In this document: positions 20,129-30,432 of the stretch, one piece after another
How positions within the stretch are numbered: the stretch's first letter is position 1
Layout: the number at the start of each line of letters is the position of its first letter
DNA from: Cyanobacteria bacterium J06626_4
GTDB taxonomy: Bacteria; Cyanobacteriota; Cyanobacteriia; Phormidesmidales; Phormidesmidaceae
Length of the DNA stretch: 64,000 nucleotides
Direction: 5' to 3'
Assembly: GCA_038523235.1 (NCBI GenBank)
Contig: JBCBJQ010000002.1
Location: 64,001 to 128,000, forward strand
Notes under the pieces: generated by a model
What the model was told of the DNA's origin: nothing
Seen by the model: the letters and a program-made list of their open reading frames with translations, nothing else
The model's database searches: none
Program-made: the position numbers and the translations under genes

Positions 20129-20476
20129 ACATTGATTCAAGAGCAAATTGCACCAGTTTCTATTGCTGGCTAACCAATACCTGATATTGCTGCACTGGCT
20201 GCAATTCGACCGATTCGCTCGATCACAGCTGCGTCATTACGGCGTGACTCACCTTAACTTGAGCAGTACAAATGACAGGAATTTTGATTACGTCTGAGCA
20301 AGGTGAGGTGTTTAGGGTGGGCAGGAGCGCTCGCCACCGCTATGTTTAATCAGGATTTGGTAGCGATGCCTGATAGCCTCGACAGGCTCTTAGGCACTCG
20401 CAGTTTGCAGTGGCTGGTCGACCAAAAACAATATGACCTTTGGTTGGTCTGTAGCACCCCTTGGAATCAGGCAGGA

Positions 20477-20513
20477 TTGACAGGTTATCGAGTCTAGTTG
20501 AGAATAAATTTCA
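20477..20513 (+). promoter_or_regulatory. Sigma70-like promoter with overlapping Fur-box-like site
   Basis: TTGACA (20477-82)-N17-GAGAAT; TGAGAATAAATTTCA at 20499-20513. Confidence 0.6.
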
Positions 20514-20516
20514 ATT

Positions 20517-21539
20517 ATGGAGTCTGTTGATAGGCAGACAATTGGTACTATGACTATCACCCTCTCTCAGCGTGACTATTGGGATTTATTCAGGGCATCT
20601 CAAGCACCTAAAAAAGCCGACCCTCAGAATCCTTTTGAGCTCGTTGCTACCTATCCTACGCAGCTTGGTCAAGGGTCCCATCGCTTCATGCAGCTACGGC
20701 AAGGCGTCACGCTGCAAATTGACCGTTACCAGCCCCACGATGATGTGGAACTGGTTTTGCCCGAGCGATCGCACCCGCTAGAGTATGACTTTTTTCTGTC
20801 TGGCAAAGTGTTTCAGCCCCATGTCGTTACTGGTGGTCAATATGCTCTCTGCGGCAGCGGCACGGCCCCGGCTGAAGTCTGTCGAAAGTCGGCTGATGAG
20901 CTGCTTTTAAAGGTTAATGTTCACATTGAGTCGTCTGCATTAAAAGCGTTTTGGGGTGAGACATTTGACTTCACCAGCGGTGGGTTGGCGCACCTGATTC
21001 GCCCCTGCAATCAGGTTTATTATCAGCACCGTGGCACCACCACAGTGGCGATGCAAACGGCACTGCATCAGATTCTCAACTGTCCCTTTGACGGCGTTAC
21101 TAAAAAAGTCTACTTAGAGAGCAAAGTCTGGGAGCTGATGGCGCTGCTGATTGATCAGGAACAGCTGCGGCAGGATAGTCAACCGCAGCCAAATCCGCTC
21201 AAGTCTGACGATATTGAACGGATTCACCACGCCAGAGAGATTTTGGCTCAGCAACTCGATCACCCGCCTTCGCTACTCGAACTGGCCCGGCAAGTGGGCC
21301 TCAATGACTGTACGCTCAAGCGCGGATTTCGCCAGGTTTTTGGGGAGACTGCTTTTGGCTATTTGCATAACCAGCGAATGGAAACGGCGCGACAGCTTTT
21401 GCTAGCGGGCGAGATCAACGTATCGGAAGCAGCGCGGCAGGTAGGCTTTGCCAATCGCGGCTATTTTGCGGCGTGTTTTCGTAAAAAGTATGGCGTTTCC
21501 CCCCGTGAGTATCTGCGCCAGAGAAAAAATTCCGGCTAA
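20517..21539 (+). CDS. AraC family transcriptional regulator (PchR-like)
   Basis: YLESKVWEL, PPSLLELARQVGLNDCTLKRGFRQVFG, GFANRGYFAACFRKKYGVSP. Confidence 0.93.
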   Translation: MESVDRQTIGTMTITLSQRDYWDLFRASQAPKKADPQNPFELVATYPTQLGQGSHRFMQLRQGVTLQIDRYQPHDDVELVLPERSHPLEYDFFLSGKVFQPHVVTGGQYALCGSGTAPAEVCRKSADELLLKVNVHIESSALKAFWGETFDFTSGGLAHLIRPCNQVYYQHRGTTTVAMQTALHQILNCPFDGVTKKVYLESKVWELMALLIDQEQLRQDSQPQPNPLKSDDIERIHHAREILAQQLDHPPSLLELARQVGLNDCTLKRGFRQVFGETAFGYLHNQRMETARQLLLAGEINVSEAARQVGFANRGYFAACFRKKYGVSPREYLRQRKNSG

Positions 21540-21624
21540 TGATCAAACTATTCCGCGTAGCGCGCATTTGAGGCTATCTCAGTGAAATTACCTCTGATAG
21601 CCTCTTAATCAAGAATCAATCGCA
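21529..21624 (+). promoter_or_regulatory. Candidate AraC direct repeat (21-bp period) plus weak Fur-like site upstream of receptor
   Basis: ATTCCG at 21529-34 and 21550-55; CAAGAATCAATCGCA at 21610-24. Confidence 0.5.
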
Positions 21625-21649
21625 ACAAGAGCGCAACGTGTGAGGAAAA

Positions 21650-24373
21650 ATGCTAAATCAACTGCAGTGGCTGCTGGTGGTTACCAGTGTGCTTTCAGTG
21701 GTGTCTTTGCCCGCGATCGCGGTAAAGGCTGAGGATGTTAATAGTCCGGGGGCAGGAGCGTCAGAGTCGCCAGTCGCCCCAGCCGCAGCCATTAATGAGG
21801 CGGTAGTGGCGTTAGACCCATCCCCCACCTTGGTAGAAGCCGTCAATAGTACCGAGTTAGAAGCGTTAGAGTCACCGGTTATTTCGGTGGAAGCTGTTAG
21901 TAGTGCTGCGTCATTAACGACAGACTCCCCGGCCACCACGGTAGAGGAATGGATGACTCAAATCGCGCAGTCTCAGGTAACGATTACGGGGGTGCAGGTC
22001 GAAGAGACGGCAGCGGGTCTGCAAATCGTGGTGGAAACGACAGGCGGCGACCTGACCGCACCAGCGACTCAAGCAGTTGGGGATGCGCTCGTCGTCGAAA
22101 TTCCTAATGCGGTGCTGGATTTACCCGAAGGCGCAGCATTTGAACAGTTCGCCCCAGCAGAGGGTATTGCCCTAGTCAGCGTGACACAGCTGCCCGATGA
22201 CCGCGTGCAGATTTCGATTACGGGTACAGATGCGCCACCCCAGGCCGAGGTCAGCGCCGCCACCGGCAATCTCGTGCTGAGCGTAGTGCCAGGGGTCGCC
22301 ACGGCCACAGAGACAGACGAGGAAGCGATTGAGGTGGTGGTGACTGCGACGCGCACGGAGGAAGACATTCTGGATGTGCCGCGCTCGGTAACGGTGATTA
22401 CCCGCGAAGAGTTTGAGCGCCAGTCTCGAGTGACGCCAAACTTTTATGACACCCTCGGTACCCTCGTGCCCGGTCTCGGACCGCCCAACCAGAGCGATCG
22501 TGTCAATGCCCAAACGCTGAGAGGGCGAGGGTCATTAACCTTGATTGATGGGGTACCGGTCGAATCTAATATTCTGGGGGGCAATGGTTTGAGAGGGCTT
22601 GATCCCAACATTATCGAGCGGGTCGAAGTCGTCCGGGGGCCAACTGGGCTCTATGGTTCCGGAGCCACTGGTGGGGTGATCAACATCATCACTCGTCGCT
22701 CAGAGGAAGCCTCTACGGGGTGGGCCGAAGTCGGCATCTCTGCTGATTTAGGAGAACTGGAAGACGATAGTTTTGCTTATGAGCTGGGCTTCGGGGGCTC
22801 TGGCACAGAAGGTCGTCTTGACTACGTACTCAACTTTTCTGCCCAATTCACCAATCAGTTTTACGACGCTGAGGGGGACGTGATTCCCCAAAGCTTTCCG
22901 ACGTTAGCTGAATCCACCGTTTTGAGTGGATTTGGGCGATTAGGGTTTAATCTGACCGACGAGCAGCGCATCCAACTTTCCGTAAACCACATCAACGATC
23001 GTCGAGATGTAGAAAACTTTACGGATCCGGCTATCCAAGACATTCCCGGCAGGCAAAAAGCTCGAGCCATGGATGTTGGCCTTGACTTTGACGATATCGA
23101 AAGACCGGGCAGTGGGTTAACCAATGTTGATCTGACCTACACTCACAACAACTTGTGGGGCAGTCGTTTACAAGCGCAGGCTTATTACTACAACAGCGAT
23201 GTAAGAGGTGCACCAGATGACCTTCGAGGCGATGCGGTTCTCGATAGTGTCGCCTCGGGTGAATTTGCATCAGAAGCCTACGGAGGACGGCTACAAATCG
23301 AAACGTCCATTGCTCAATCGCTGGAACTCCTCTGGGGCGCGGACTATCGCGACGAACGCAATGAAAGGACTTTTGACATTCTTGATCCCGTTGCTTTCGA
23401 TCAAGGAGTGGCGCGTTTCGTTGAACGACGGACTCAGGTGCCGCCCTATTTTATTGATCAGCTGGGGCTATTTGCCCAACTCCAGTGGGATCTGAGCCCT
23501 AGCTTTACCCTTAGCGGCGGCATTCGTCAGGAGTTTTTGGGCCTCAGTGTTGATGATTACACTAATCTCGCTGGTGATGATTTTGAGGGGGGTGAGGCTG
23601 ACTTCGATGCCACCGTCTTCAATGTCGGGGGAGTTTATCGGGCAACCGATAATCTCAGCATCTTTGCCAGTTTCTCCCAGGGATTTTCGGCTCCATCATT
23701 TTTTGTGCTGGCTTTTCCACCCCCTGGCTTTTCGGTTGACGAAGGATTTGAGGGGCTGGAACCCCAAACGGTTGATAACTACGAAATCGGCTTGCGAGGG
23801 CGATGGGGGAATGTGCAAGCTTCCCTGGCGGGTTTCTATTCTTACTCCGAGCTAGGCACTTTTCTAAGAGCCAGACCTGGATCAGAGGTAGCTGCTAGTG
23901 TGGTTAGAGCGCCACAGCGTAACTATGGCATTGAAGCTGCTCTAGATTGGCAGCCCGCCGAACAATGGCGGCTTGGCGGCACAGTCACATGGAATGAGGG
24001 CGAATCTGATCCAGGCGATGATGGTGAATTTGTCGCCCTCGGAACGTTCAGCGTTCAACCGTGGAAGCTCACGGCTTACGTTGAGAACCAAACCACACCC
24101 ACCTGGAATAACCGCCTACAGTTGCTGTATTCCGGTAATCGCGATCGCGCTTTTGATGATGGAATCGAGGCGTTTCCCATCGAAGACTACATCACCTTCG
24201 ACTGGATTAGCCAGCTTCAGCTTGGTCAAGGGACGCTATCCCTAGCGGTTGAAAACCTACTGGATACTCAGTATTTCCCAGTCTTTGCCCAGGTTTTGTC
24301 TGGGTTTAATGATGCGAATTATCGAGCGGCGCGAGGACGACGCGTCAGTCTCTCCTATTCCATCTCGTTTTAA
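21650..24373 (+). CDS. TonB-dependent siderophore receptor with AMIN domain, IutA/SchT-like
   Basis: VVTATRTEE..DVPRSVTVI, TLRGR..LIDGVP, ERVEVVRGPTGLYGSGATGGVINIITR, C-terminal Phe. Confidence 0.93.
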   Translation: MLNQLQWLLVVTSVLSVVSLPAIAVKAEDVNSPGAGASESPVAPAAAINEAVVALDPSPTLVEAVNSTELEALESPVISVEAVSSAASLTTDSPATTVEEWMTQIAQSQVTITGVQVEETAAGLQIVVETTGGDLTAPATQAVGDALVVEIPNAVLDLPEGAAFEQFAPAEGIALVSVTQLPDDRVQISITGTDAPPQAEVSAATGNLVLSVVPGVATATETDEEAIEVVVTATRTEEDILDVPRSVTVITREEFERQSRVTPNFYDTLGTLVPGLGPPNQSDRVNAQTLRGRGSLTLIDGVPVESNILGGNGLRGLDPNIIERVEVVRGPTGLYGSGATGGVINIITRRSEEASTGWAEVGISADLGELEDDSFAYELGFGGSGTEGRLDYVLNFSAQFTNQFYDAEGDVIPQSFPTLAESTVLSGFGRLGFNLTDEQRIQLSVNHINDRRDVENFTDPAIQDIPGRQKARAMDVGLDFDDIERPGSGLTNVDLTYTHNNLWGSRLQAQAYYYNSDVRGAPDDLRGDAVLDSVASGEFASEAYGGRLQIETSIAQSLELLWGADYRDERNERTFDILDPVAFDQGVARFVERRTQVPPYFIDQLGLFAQLQWDLSPSFTLSGGIRQEFLGLSVDDYTNLAGDDFEGGEADFDATVFNVGGVYRATDNLSIFASFSQGFSAPSFFVLAFPPPGFSVDEGFEGLEPQTVDNYEIGLRGRWGNVQASLAGFYSYSELGTFLRARPGSEVAASVVRAPQRNYGIEAALDWQPAEQWRLGGTVTWNEGESDPGDDGEFVALGTFSVQPWKLTAYVENQTTPTWNNRLQLLYSGNRDRAFDDGIEAFPIEDYITFDWISQLQLGQGTLSLAVENLLDTQYFPVFAQVLSGFNDANYRAARGRRVSLSYSISF

Positions 24374-24400
24374 TTAACCGGTCAGGAGGGGGCCTCGTCG

Positions 24401-25408
24401 ATGAGCGATCGCACATTTATCAGCCATAGAATGACGCGCCTGCTGCGACAAATGTTATGGGTCGTCCTAGCCTTCATCTTAGTAACGGCTTGTCGGGCTG
24501 ACCACTCCCAAGTCAGTCCGGATGCGAGTCAGACGGCTCCTGCTGCCCCCGTTCGTCTCGTTCAGCACCTGATGGGTGAAACCCAGGTGCCCGTTAATCC
24601 GCAACGGGTGGTGACCCTAGATGCTAATTACTTATCTAATGCCCTGGTATTAGGAATCCAACCCATTGGTTCCACTGCTTGGTCCGATGCTATTCGTCGC
24701 AGCGGATTGGACCCAGTGGAGCCGTACCTCCGCGATCGCGCTCAGGAGTTGACGATTGTTGGGTATGGCCAAGAAGTGAACGTAGAAACAGTCTTACTGT
24801 TGAAGCCCGATCTCATTTTGGGAAATGATACCCACGCAGCAATTTATGAACAGCTAGCGCAAATCGCCCCGACCGCCCTTTTTACCTACTATGACGGCAG
24901 TCGTAACTGGAAAGATGTGCTGAGATTTTCCGCTAGTGTTCTGGGAAAGTCACAAGCTGCCGAAAAGCTGTTGGATGACTATGAACAGCGCACCCAAGAA
25001 TTGAGGCAGAAACTGGACGATCGTGCCTCAATGATTCAGGTCTCTGTCATTACTCCAGGGACTAATGGTGCCCGTCTGATGTACAGAAATTCGCTAAGTG
25101 GCGGCGTCTTAGAAGATGTGGGACTATCTCGACCGCCCGCCCAAGATCAAGAGGGAACGAACGCATTCGTTTCCTTTGAATTGATTCCTCATATGGACGG
25201 GGATGTCATTTTTGTCATCTCTCATATGGATGATGATGGCTTAGATGTGGTCAATCAGTTAAAAAATCAGCCTCTTTGGTCGCAGTTGGCAGCAGTTAAA
25301 CAAGGCAAGGTATATCCAGTGGATGCCCAACATTGGTATGGCACCGATATTGTGAGAGTTAATCTAATCCTAGATGACCTGTTCAAGTATTTACTGGAAG
25401 AGGAATAA
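24401..25408 (+). CDS. Iron-siderophore ABC substrate-binding lipoprotein (FhuD/FecB-like)
   Basis: Lipobox LVTAC, GETQVPVNPQRVVTLD, LKPDLIL, PLWSQLAAVKQGKVY. Confidence 0.92.
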   Translation: MSDRTFISHRMTRLLRQMLWVVLAFILVTACRADHSQVSPDASQTAPAAPVRLVQHLMGETQVPVNPQRVVTLDANYLSNALVLGIQPIGSTAWSDAIRRSGLDPVEPYLRDRAQELTIVGYGQEVNVETVLLLKPDLILGNDTHAAIYEQLAQIAPTALFTYYDGSRNWKDVLRFSASVLGKSQAAEKLLDDYEQRTQELRQKLDDRASMIQVSVITPGTNGARLMYRNSLSGGVLEDVGLSRPPAQDQEGTNAFVSFELIPHMDGDVIFVISHMDDDGLDVVNQLKNQPLWSQLAAVKQGKVYPVDAQHWYGTDIVRVNLILDDLFKYLLEEE

Positions 25409-25501
25409 TCTCAATGCAAAATCATATTTTATTAGACCATGAATTTTGCAGTTATATTCAAGCTAAAAATGTCGATCAAGCCAGAAACTTGTGACCTTTT
25501 A

Positions 25502-25700
25502 GTGCAACGTAAGAGTTCTGTCACGAGACTGAATTCCTATTATCGCGACTAGGCAGAACTGACCCAGTTCGAGCAAATTATTGCACGGAAAATCTGGATG
25601 CACAGTAACCGTCCCACACACATCGCCAGCTGAGCAGATCGGAGCTAAAACCCAGTCAAAGCGTCCCCTAAGCGGAGTCGAAGGGACGCTTACGATGCAC
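25502..25700. mobile_element. MITE-like element with terminal REP-like hairpin
   Basis: TIRs GTGCAACGTAAG / rc GTGCATCGTAAG (11/12); hairpin AAGCGTCCC-(CTAAGCGGAGTCGAA)-GGGACGCTT 25659-25691. Confidence 0.55.
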
Positions 25701-25776
25701 GAATCGTCAAAAGAAGTGAAACACTGTCTTTTCAATCGCTTGGTCAAAATAGCGTAGCTCTGAAAGGAAAGCTGAC

Positions 25777-26979
25777 ATGGAAATTCGCAAAATCGCACTC
25801 GATGAAAAAGTCGAGTTCTGGGCATTACTTAAATACTGTTTGACGAGTGGATCTAATGACGACCCGATTACCGCGTCAGATGTCAGTTGGATTACTCTGG
25901 ACGAAGCCTTTGCTGTTTTCATTGATGGCACTATTGTCTCAACCTTGAGAAATATCATCTTCAAACAGTCAATCAGAGGGGTGCTCAAAGATATGGGGGG
26001 TATCGCTGCGGTTGCAACGGCTCCTGAATACCGTCGGCAAGGGCATATCAAGGCGCTAATGAAAGCTGCCTTTGAGGATATGAAACAGAAGGGACAAGTG
26101 GTGAGTGCCTTACATCCTTTCAAAGAGAGTTTTTATGCCGCTTATGGCTATGTCACCACTAATACCTGGATTGACGTCAAGATCCCGAGTCATTCGATTG
26201 CTCATTACCTAGATGGAGTCAGGCCATTAGATAGTAATTGGCAGTTTGAAAGAGTCAAAGCCATTGATGTTAAAACTGAGGTTTTGTCATTTGTCACCCA
26301 ACTGAAAACTATTCCACACGGGCTAGTTATCGACCCGGATCGCTCCGATGAAGTTTGGCAAAGCTACCATCGTAATAGTCGAGTTGTCTTTGTTAAAAAA
26401 GATGGCAAAACCCAAGCGATCGCCAAATACACCAAAAAGGGACATCTAGAGACTGGCGAAATCGTGATTCGTGAAATGTATTGGCAAAACCTAGAGGCCA
26501 GAGACAAATTATTTGGATTTTTTGCGCTACATCAAGATGATTGTCCCTATATTTGGATGCGGGTTCCTTTTGGCACTAACTTTCGCGCCTGGCTAAGAGA
26601 CGCAATGACGCCATTTGAGACCAAAATTTATTATCGTCCAATGATGGTGCGAGTCATGGATGTAGAGAAAGCCGTTGAAAGTTTACCAGCACCTGTTGAG
26701 GGTAAAATTAGCTTTACCCTACAAGATAGTTACTGCAACTGGAATGCCGGCGATTATCAACTCATTGCCCAAAGCGGTCAGCTCAAAGCGATCAGGGCAA
26801 AGGACAATTCCAGAAAGATATTAATGAAAATTGAAGGGCTGTCGGCGCTAGTTTACGGTGCTCTTTCTATTCAAGAGGTCGTACATCGAGGCTGGCTGAC
26901 CGGATTAGATGAAAAGACAACAGAAATCCTTGGGCGCTGGTTTCCGACCACACCTGTTTACAATCCCTATTATTTCTAA
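25777..26979 (+). CDS. Eis-like GNAT acetyltransferase with C-terminal SCP2-like domain
   Basis: GGIAAVATAPEYRRQG, ALHPFKESFYAAYGY, MVRVMDVEKA, QDSYCNWNAG. Confidence 0.88.
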   Translation: MEIRKIALDEKVEFWALLKYCLTSGSNDDPITASDVSWITLDEAFAVFIDGTIVSTLRNIIFKQSIRGVLKDMGGIAAVATAPEYRRQGHIKALMKAAFEDMKQKGQVVSALHPFKESFYAAYGYVTTNTWIDVKIPSHSIAHYLDGVRPLDSNWQFERVKAIDVKTEVLSFVTQLKTIPHGLVIDPDRSDEVWQSYHRNSRVVFVKKDGKTQAIAKYTKKGHLETGEIVIREMYWQNLEARDKLFGFFALHQDDCPYIWMRVPFGTNFRAWLRDAMTPFETKIYYRPMMVRVMDVEKAVESLPAPVEGKISFTLQDSYCNWNAGDYQLIAQSGQLKAIRAKDNSRKILMKIEGLSALVYGALSIQEVVHRGWLTGLDEKTTEILGRWFPTTPVYNPYYF

Positions 26980-27222
26980 ATTTAGTAAGGAAGATCATAA
27001 TCTGACGTTATTCTAGTCCATCCCTTTTTGGCCCATAATTATCGCAGCTCATCAAGGATTGTATTTTGCGTGGCACTTTCAGTATACGTAGTAGACGCTT
27101 GATAGACACCTGGTCTACTGCCCAAAATCCTCTATCTATAAGCCCTTCAAGCATTTCGGTAGAGGTAGTCCTCAACAGGTAAGGATATATGACAAATAAC
27201 GCGTTACTCGACAACAGAAAAA

Positions 27223-27296
<74 letters not shown>

Positions 27297-27419
27297 ATGT
27301 GGTCATCACATACCCTAACATAGCCGCGCGATCGCATCCATCCATTCCACCAATTTTGATGCGCCCTCTCCAACCCAGACGTAACAGGATAGGGTGAGAG
27401 GCGAATTCATCCCACCGCC

Positions 27420-28514
27420 TTGCTGCTGATGCTCGTCAACCTGGCCTACCTGCTTCGCAAACCCACCGGCACCACCAACTACGCGCTCAACCTGCTGCCG
27501 CATTTGATGCCGTTAAATCCTTGCTATTTAGCCACAGCGGCGAGCGGGCTCGATGAGGATGACTACATTCCGGTGCCGCCTAACCTCACAGCGGAATCGG
27601 GTCTCTCGGGACATCTGCGACGACTCCTGTGGACGCAGTTGCGCTTGCCGCAGCTGTATCGGCAGCAGGTGGCCCAACACCGGGCCGCTGATTTGCTCTT
27701 CTGCCCAATCGCCGAAGCGCCCCTGTTTACCCGCTGCCGGTTTGTCGTCACGATTCACGATTTAATTCCGCTGCGGTTCCCCGTCTCGAAGGCGCAGACG
27801 TGGCTGCATCGCCATTACATTCCTCGGGTGTTGGCAGCGGCGGAGCATATTATCTGCAATTCGCAGGCCACAGCGGATGACCTGATGCAGTTTTATGGTT
27901 TAAGGGCCCAGCAGATCACGCCCATTTTGCTGGCCTATGATGCCGATAACTTTCGGCCCTTGGACTTGCCGCAGCACAACTATTTTTTGCTGTTGGGCCG
28001 TCACGCCCCCTATAAAAACTATGGCGTGGTGCTACAAGCATTGGCGCAACTGCGCGATCGCGCTGAGGGTAATTATGAGCTGTGGATAGCGGGGCCATCT
28101 GATCCGCGTTACACGCCCGATTTGCAGCGACAGGTACAGGCACTGGGCCTGACGCCGCAGGTCAAATTCTTAGACTATGTGCCCTATGCACAGCTGCCGG
28201 TCTTGTTGAATCAGGCGCTGGCGCTGGTTCTGCCTAGCCTGTGGGAAGGGTTTGGCCTGCCGGTGCTAGAGGCGATGGCCTGCGGGACGCCGGTGATTGC
28301 CTCTAATCTCGCCTCGATTCCCGAAGTGGCGGGAGGAGCAGCGCTGCTAGTGCATCCGACTGAGGTGGCTGCGATCGCCCAGCATATGCAGGCCATCGCC
28401 AAAGATACCCAACTGCGTCAACAACTCAGTTCAGCGGGCCGGAAGCGCGCCGCTCAGTTCAGCTGGCGTCAAACTGGGGCGGCGACCGCCGAGCGATTGC
28501 GGGCTTTTCTCTAA
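27420..28514 (+). CDS. Glycosyltransferase family 4 (group 1)
   Basis: [35 protein letters not shown]. Confidence 0.95.
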   Translation: MLLMLVNLAYLLRKPTGTTNYALNLLPHLMPLNPCYLATAASGLDEDDYIPVPPNLTAESGLSGHLRRLLWTQLRLPQLYRQQVAQHRAADLLFCPIAEAPLFTRCRFVVTIHDLIPLRFPVSKAQTWLHRHYIPRVLAAAEHIICNSQATADDLMQFYGLRAQQITPILLAYDADNFRPLDLPQHNYFLLLGRHAPYKNYGVVLQALAQLRDRAEGNYELWIAGPSDPRYTPDLQRQVQALGLTPQVKFLDYVPYAQLPVLLNQALALVLPSLWEGFGLPVLEAMACGTPVIASNLASIPEVAGGAALLVHPTEVAAIAQHMQAIAKDTQLRQQLSSAGRKRAAQFSWRQTGAATAERLRAFL

Positions 28515-28745
28515 CCCTTTAGTGGTAGCGACTTTCTCTCGCGGCGGCGGCGACGAGGGACAGCCTGAAGGATAGGGGCGAGCACCAGCACAAGGCAAAC
28601 TGTCCTTTGATCAAATCATTCAGGACTGCCGGGCCAGCTGAAAAGGTAATGAGATCAATCTTTTATCGCAGTCGCCAGTCCGATTAGGTCGAGATGGCGG
28701 CCACTTCGCTGACGCGCCTAGAAGCAGAGCACTCCTACAGCGAGC

Positions 28746-28840
28746 CGCAGTCAGGTTTGGACATTTTAATCGCCGGATCGCTGGCGGCAAGTCCCTTTCC
28801 TGTACCTTGAACCCTGAACCTTTCTACCCTCTGCCATACC
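28746..28840 (+). repeat. Dispersed intergenic repeat, copy 1 (copy 2 at 43546-43628)
   Basis: Shared CGCrGTCAnGTTTGGACATT...TCGCC..ATCGCT and ACCTTGArCCCTGmACCTTTCTACCCTCTGCyAT. Confidence 0.75.
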
Positions 28841-29010
28841 AGTGCTACAAATTACAGCGACACAGACAAGTTGGCTTCAACTCCGCTCAGCCGACATTCC
28901 TTGAACGGAGTGGAAAGGAAGATCTGTCGTCCAGTCTCCGAGAGTTGGGATTAGAGGGCTGGCTCCCACCTTGCTCTTGAACCGCTATCGGGCCCATCGC
29001 CCTGGCCAGA

Positions 29011-29838
29011 TCATTGGTCATAGCCCAGCACAACACCCCAAAACGCGTCTTCAAACACGCCCTCGTTGGCTTCAATGGTGACGCGCTTCGCCCAGGTAAA
29101 CACATCGAAGCTAACCTGGCCACTGTCATGTTTGCCGAAGGTGCCCTTTTGAATGTTGATGTCACCCACCAAGGCGATCCAGTGGTTGGGCACGGTGATG
29201 CGGGGTTTATGCTGGCCCAACAGGCTCTCAGCGGTAATCAAACCGAGGGCGACGCCGCCCTGATCTAACACAGCGGCGGCTTTCTTGAGGGCGGCCAAAT
29301 CGCGCAAAACATAGGTGTGAAAGTATTCAACCCGAGGGTAGGCCAAAATTTCGCGCACCCAGCCTTTCATTTCCCAAAATTTTGTCATGCCTGCCAGGTT
29401 ACGGATGATTTCAGGCGCGTTGGGTTCAACGGGAAACAAGATGTTTTCCGATTCTCGTAGGGTGGCGAGCACGAGCCAATCGGCTGGCCCCATGCGCAAT
29501 TCGCCTTGGCTAGCGTGGCGGAGTGCCTCAGAGGCTTCAATCCGCTGACTCTGGGTTGGAAAGCCGCCAGTTTCGTAAAGGGATTGGCACAGATTGACGT
29601 ACTTCAGCGGGAATTTGCGCACGAGTTCAAAAAGGACGGCGGCAGGGCCGCAAAAGGGCTGTTGTCCTTGGTTGACCTGGAAGGGATTGTGCAACCGCAT
29701 CCGCATTTCGGTAATGATCTGGGCTTTGTCGAGGTGGGGCCAAACACCCGACGACTCAGCATCGCGAAAAGCATTGAGGGTCGCGATCGCCTCGCGTTTT
29801 TCTGCCGCACTGGCGACGACTTTGGGGGCAGGGCTCAT
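29011..29838 (-). CDS. Hypothetical protein, putative papain-fold cysteine peptidase
   Basis: NQGQQPFCGPAA, HWIAL, VFTW motifs; start MSPAPK. Confidence 0.65.
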   Translation of the reverse strand: MSPAPKVVASAAEKREAIATLNAFRDAESSGVWPHLDKAQIITEMRMRLHNPFQVNQGQQPFCGPAAVLFELVRKFPLKYVNLCQSLYETGGFPTQSQRIEASEALRHASQGELRMGPADWLVLATLRESENILFPVEPNAPEIIRNLAGMTKFWEMKGWVREILAYPRVEYFHTYVLRDLAALKKAAAVLDQGGVALGLITAESLLGQHKPRITVPNHWIALVGDINIQKGTFGKHDSGQVSFDVFTWAKRVTIEANEGVFEDAFWGVVLGYDQ

Positions 29839-30432
29839 GCAGGTTCTCCGGGTGTGGCAATCATGGACTGACCGATCAGCATGCACAGAGCAACAGCAGC
29901 AGCGACGGTCAGTACAGAATTCAACAGTGATTCCCGCCATTCCGCAGAGGGCGATCGCCCCTTCAACCACAGCCCCATGAGAGGCGCAATTGCTCAGCCC
30001 AGTTAATCTAACCGACCTTAATCAAGCTTGGTCGGTGCTCTTTAAAGCTGGGTGCGACCGCGACGCAGCGGCGATCGCTCAGGCGGCATCGCCGCTAAAC
30101 TCCCATCCCCCAAATGCTGTACAGATTACCTTCAGTGCCTCACAAAGCTGAGTTTTCGAAGCCCTATCACAGCGGAGTGAGTATGCCTTGATGGTTGAAA
30201 TTCATCTCGTCATTGAGCCACACTCTCGCGATTCTACTCGGCTGAAAAATTGACTTTGGAGTGTGACTTAATAAATTTTGTTAGTGTTGGAATACTGCTT
30301 GGTCATTGAGCTTAAGGCACGGAATCCGGCTTATACGACAGCTGTCGGCCAGCTTTTTGTGGTTGCAAGACCTCTCTGTGGGCACTTTTAAGTGAACACA
30401 ATGGTTCACAAATTTCTATTCACTTCAGCCTT

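Noticed and set aside
30000..30432. Riboswitch in long leader of the binding-protein gene (also checked 58640-58877 and receptor leaders)
   Set aside because: No recognisable cobalamin, c-di-GMP or other aptamer core by eye; an Rfam/Infernal scan would be needed
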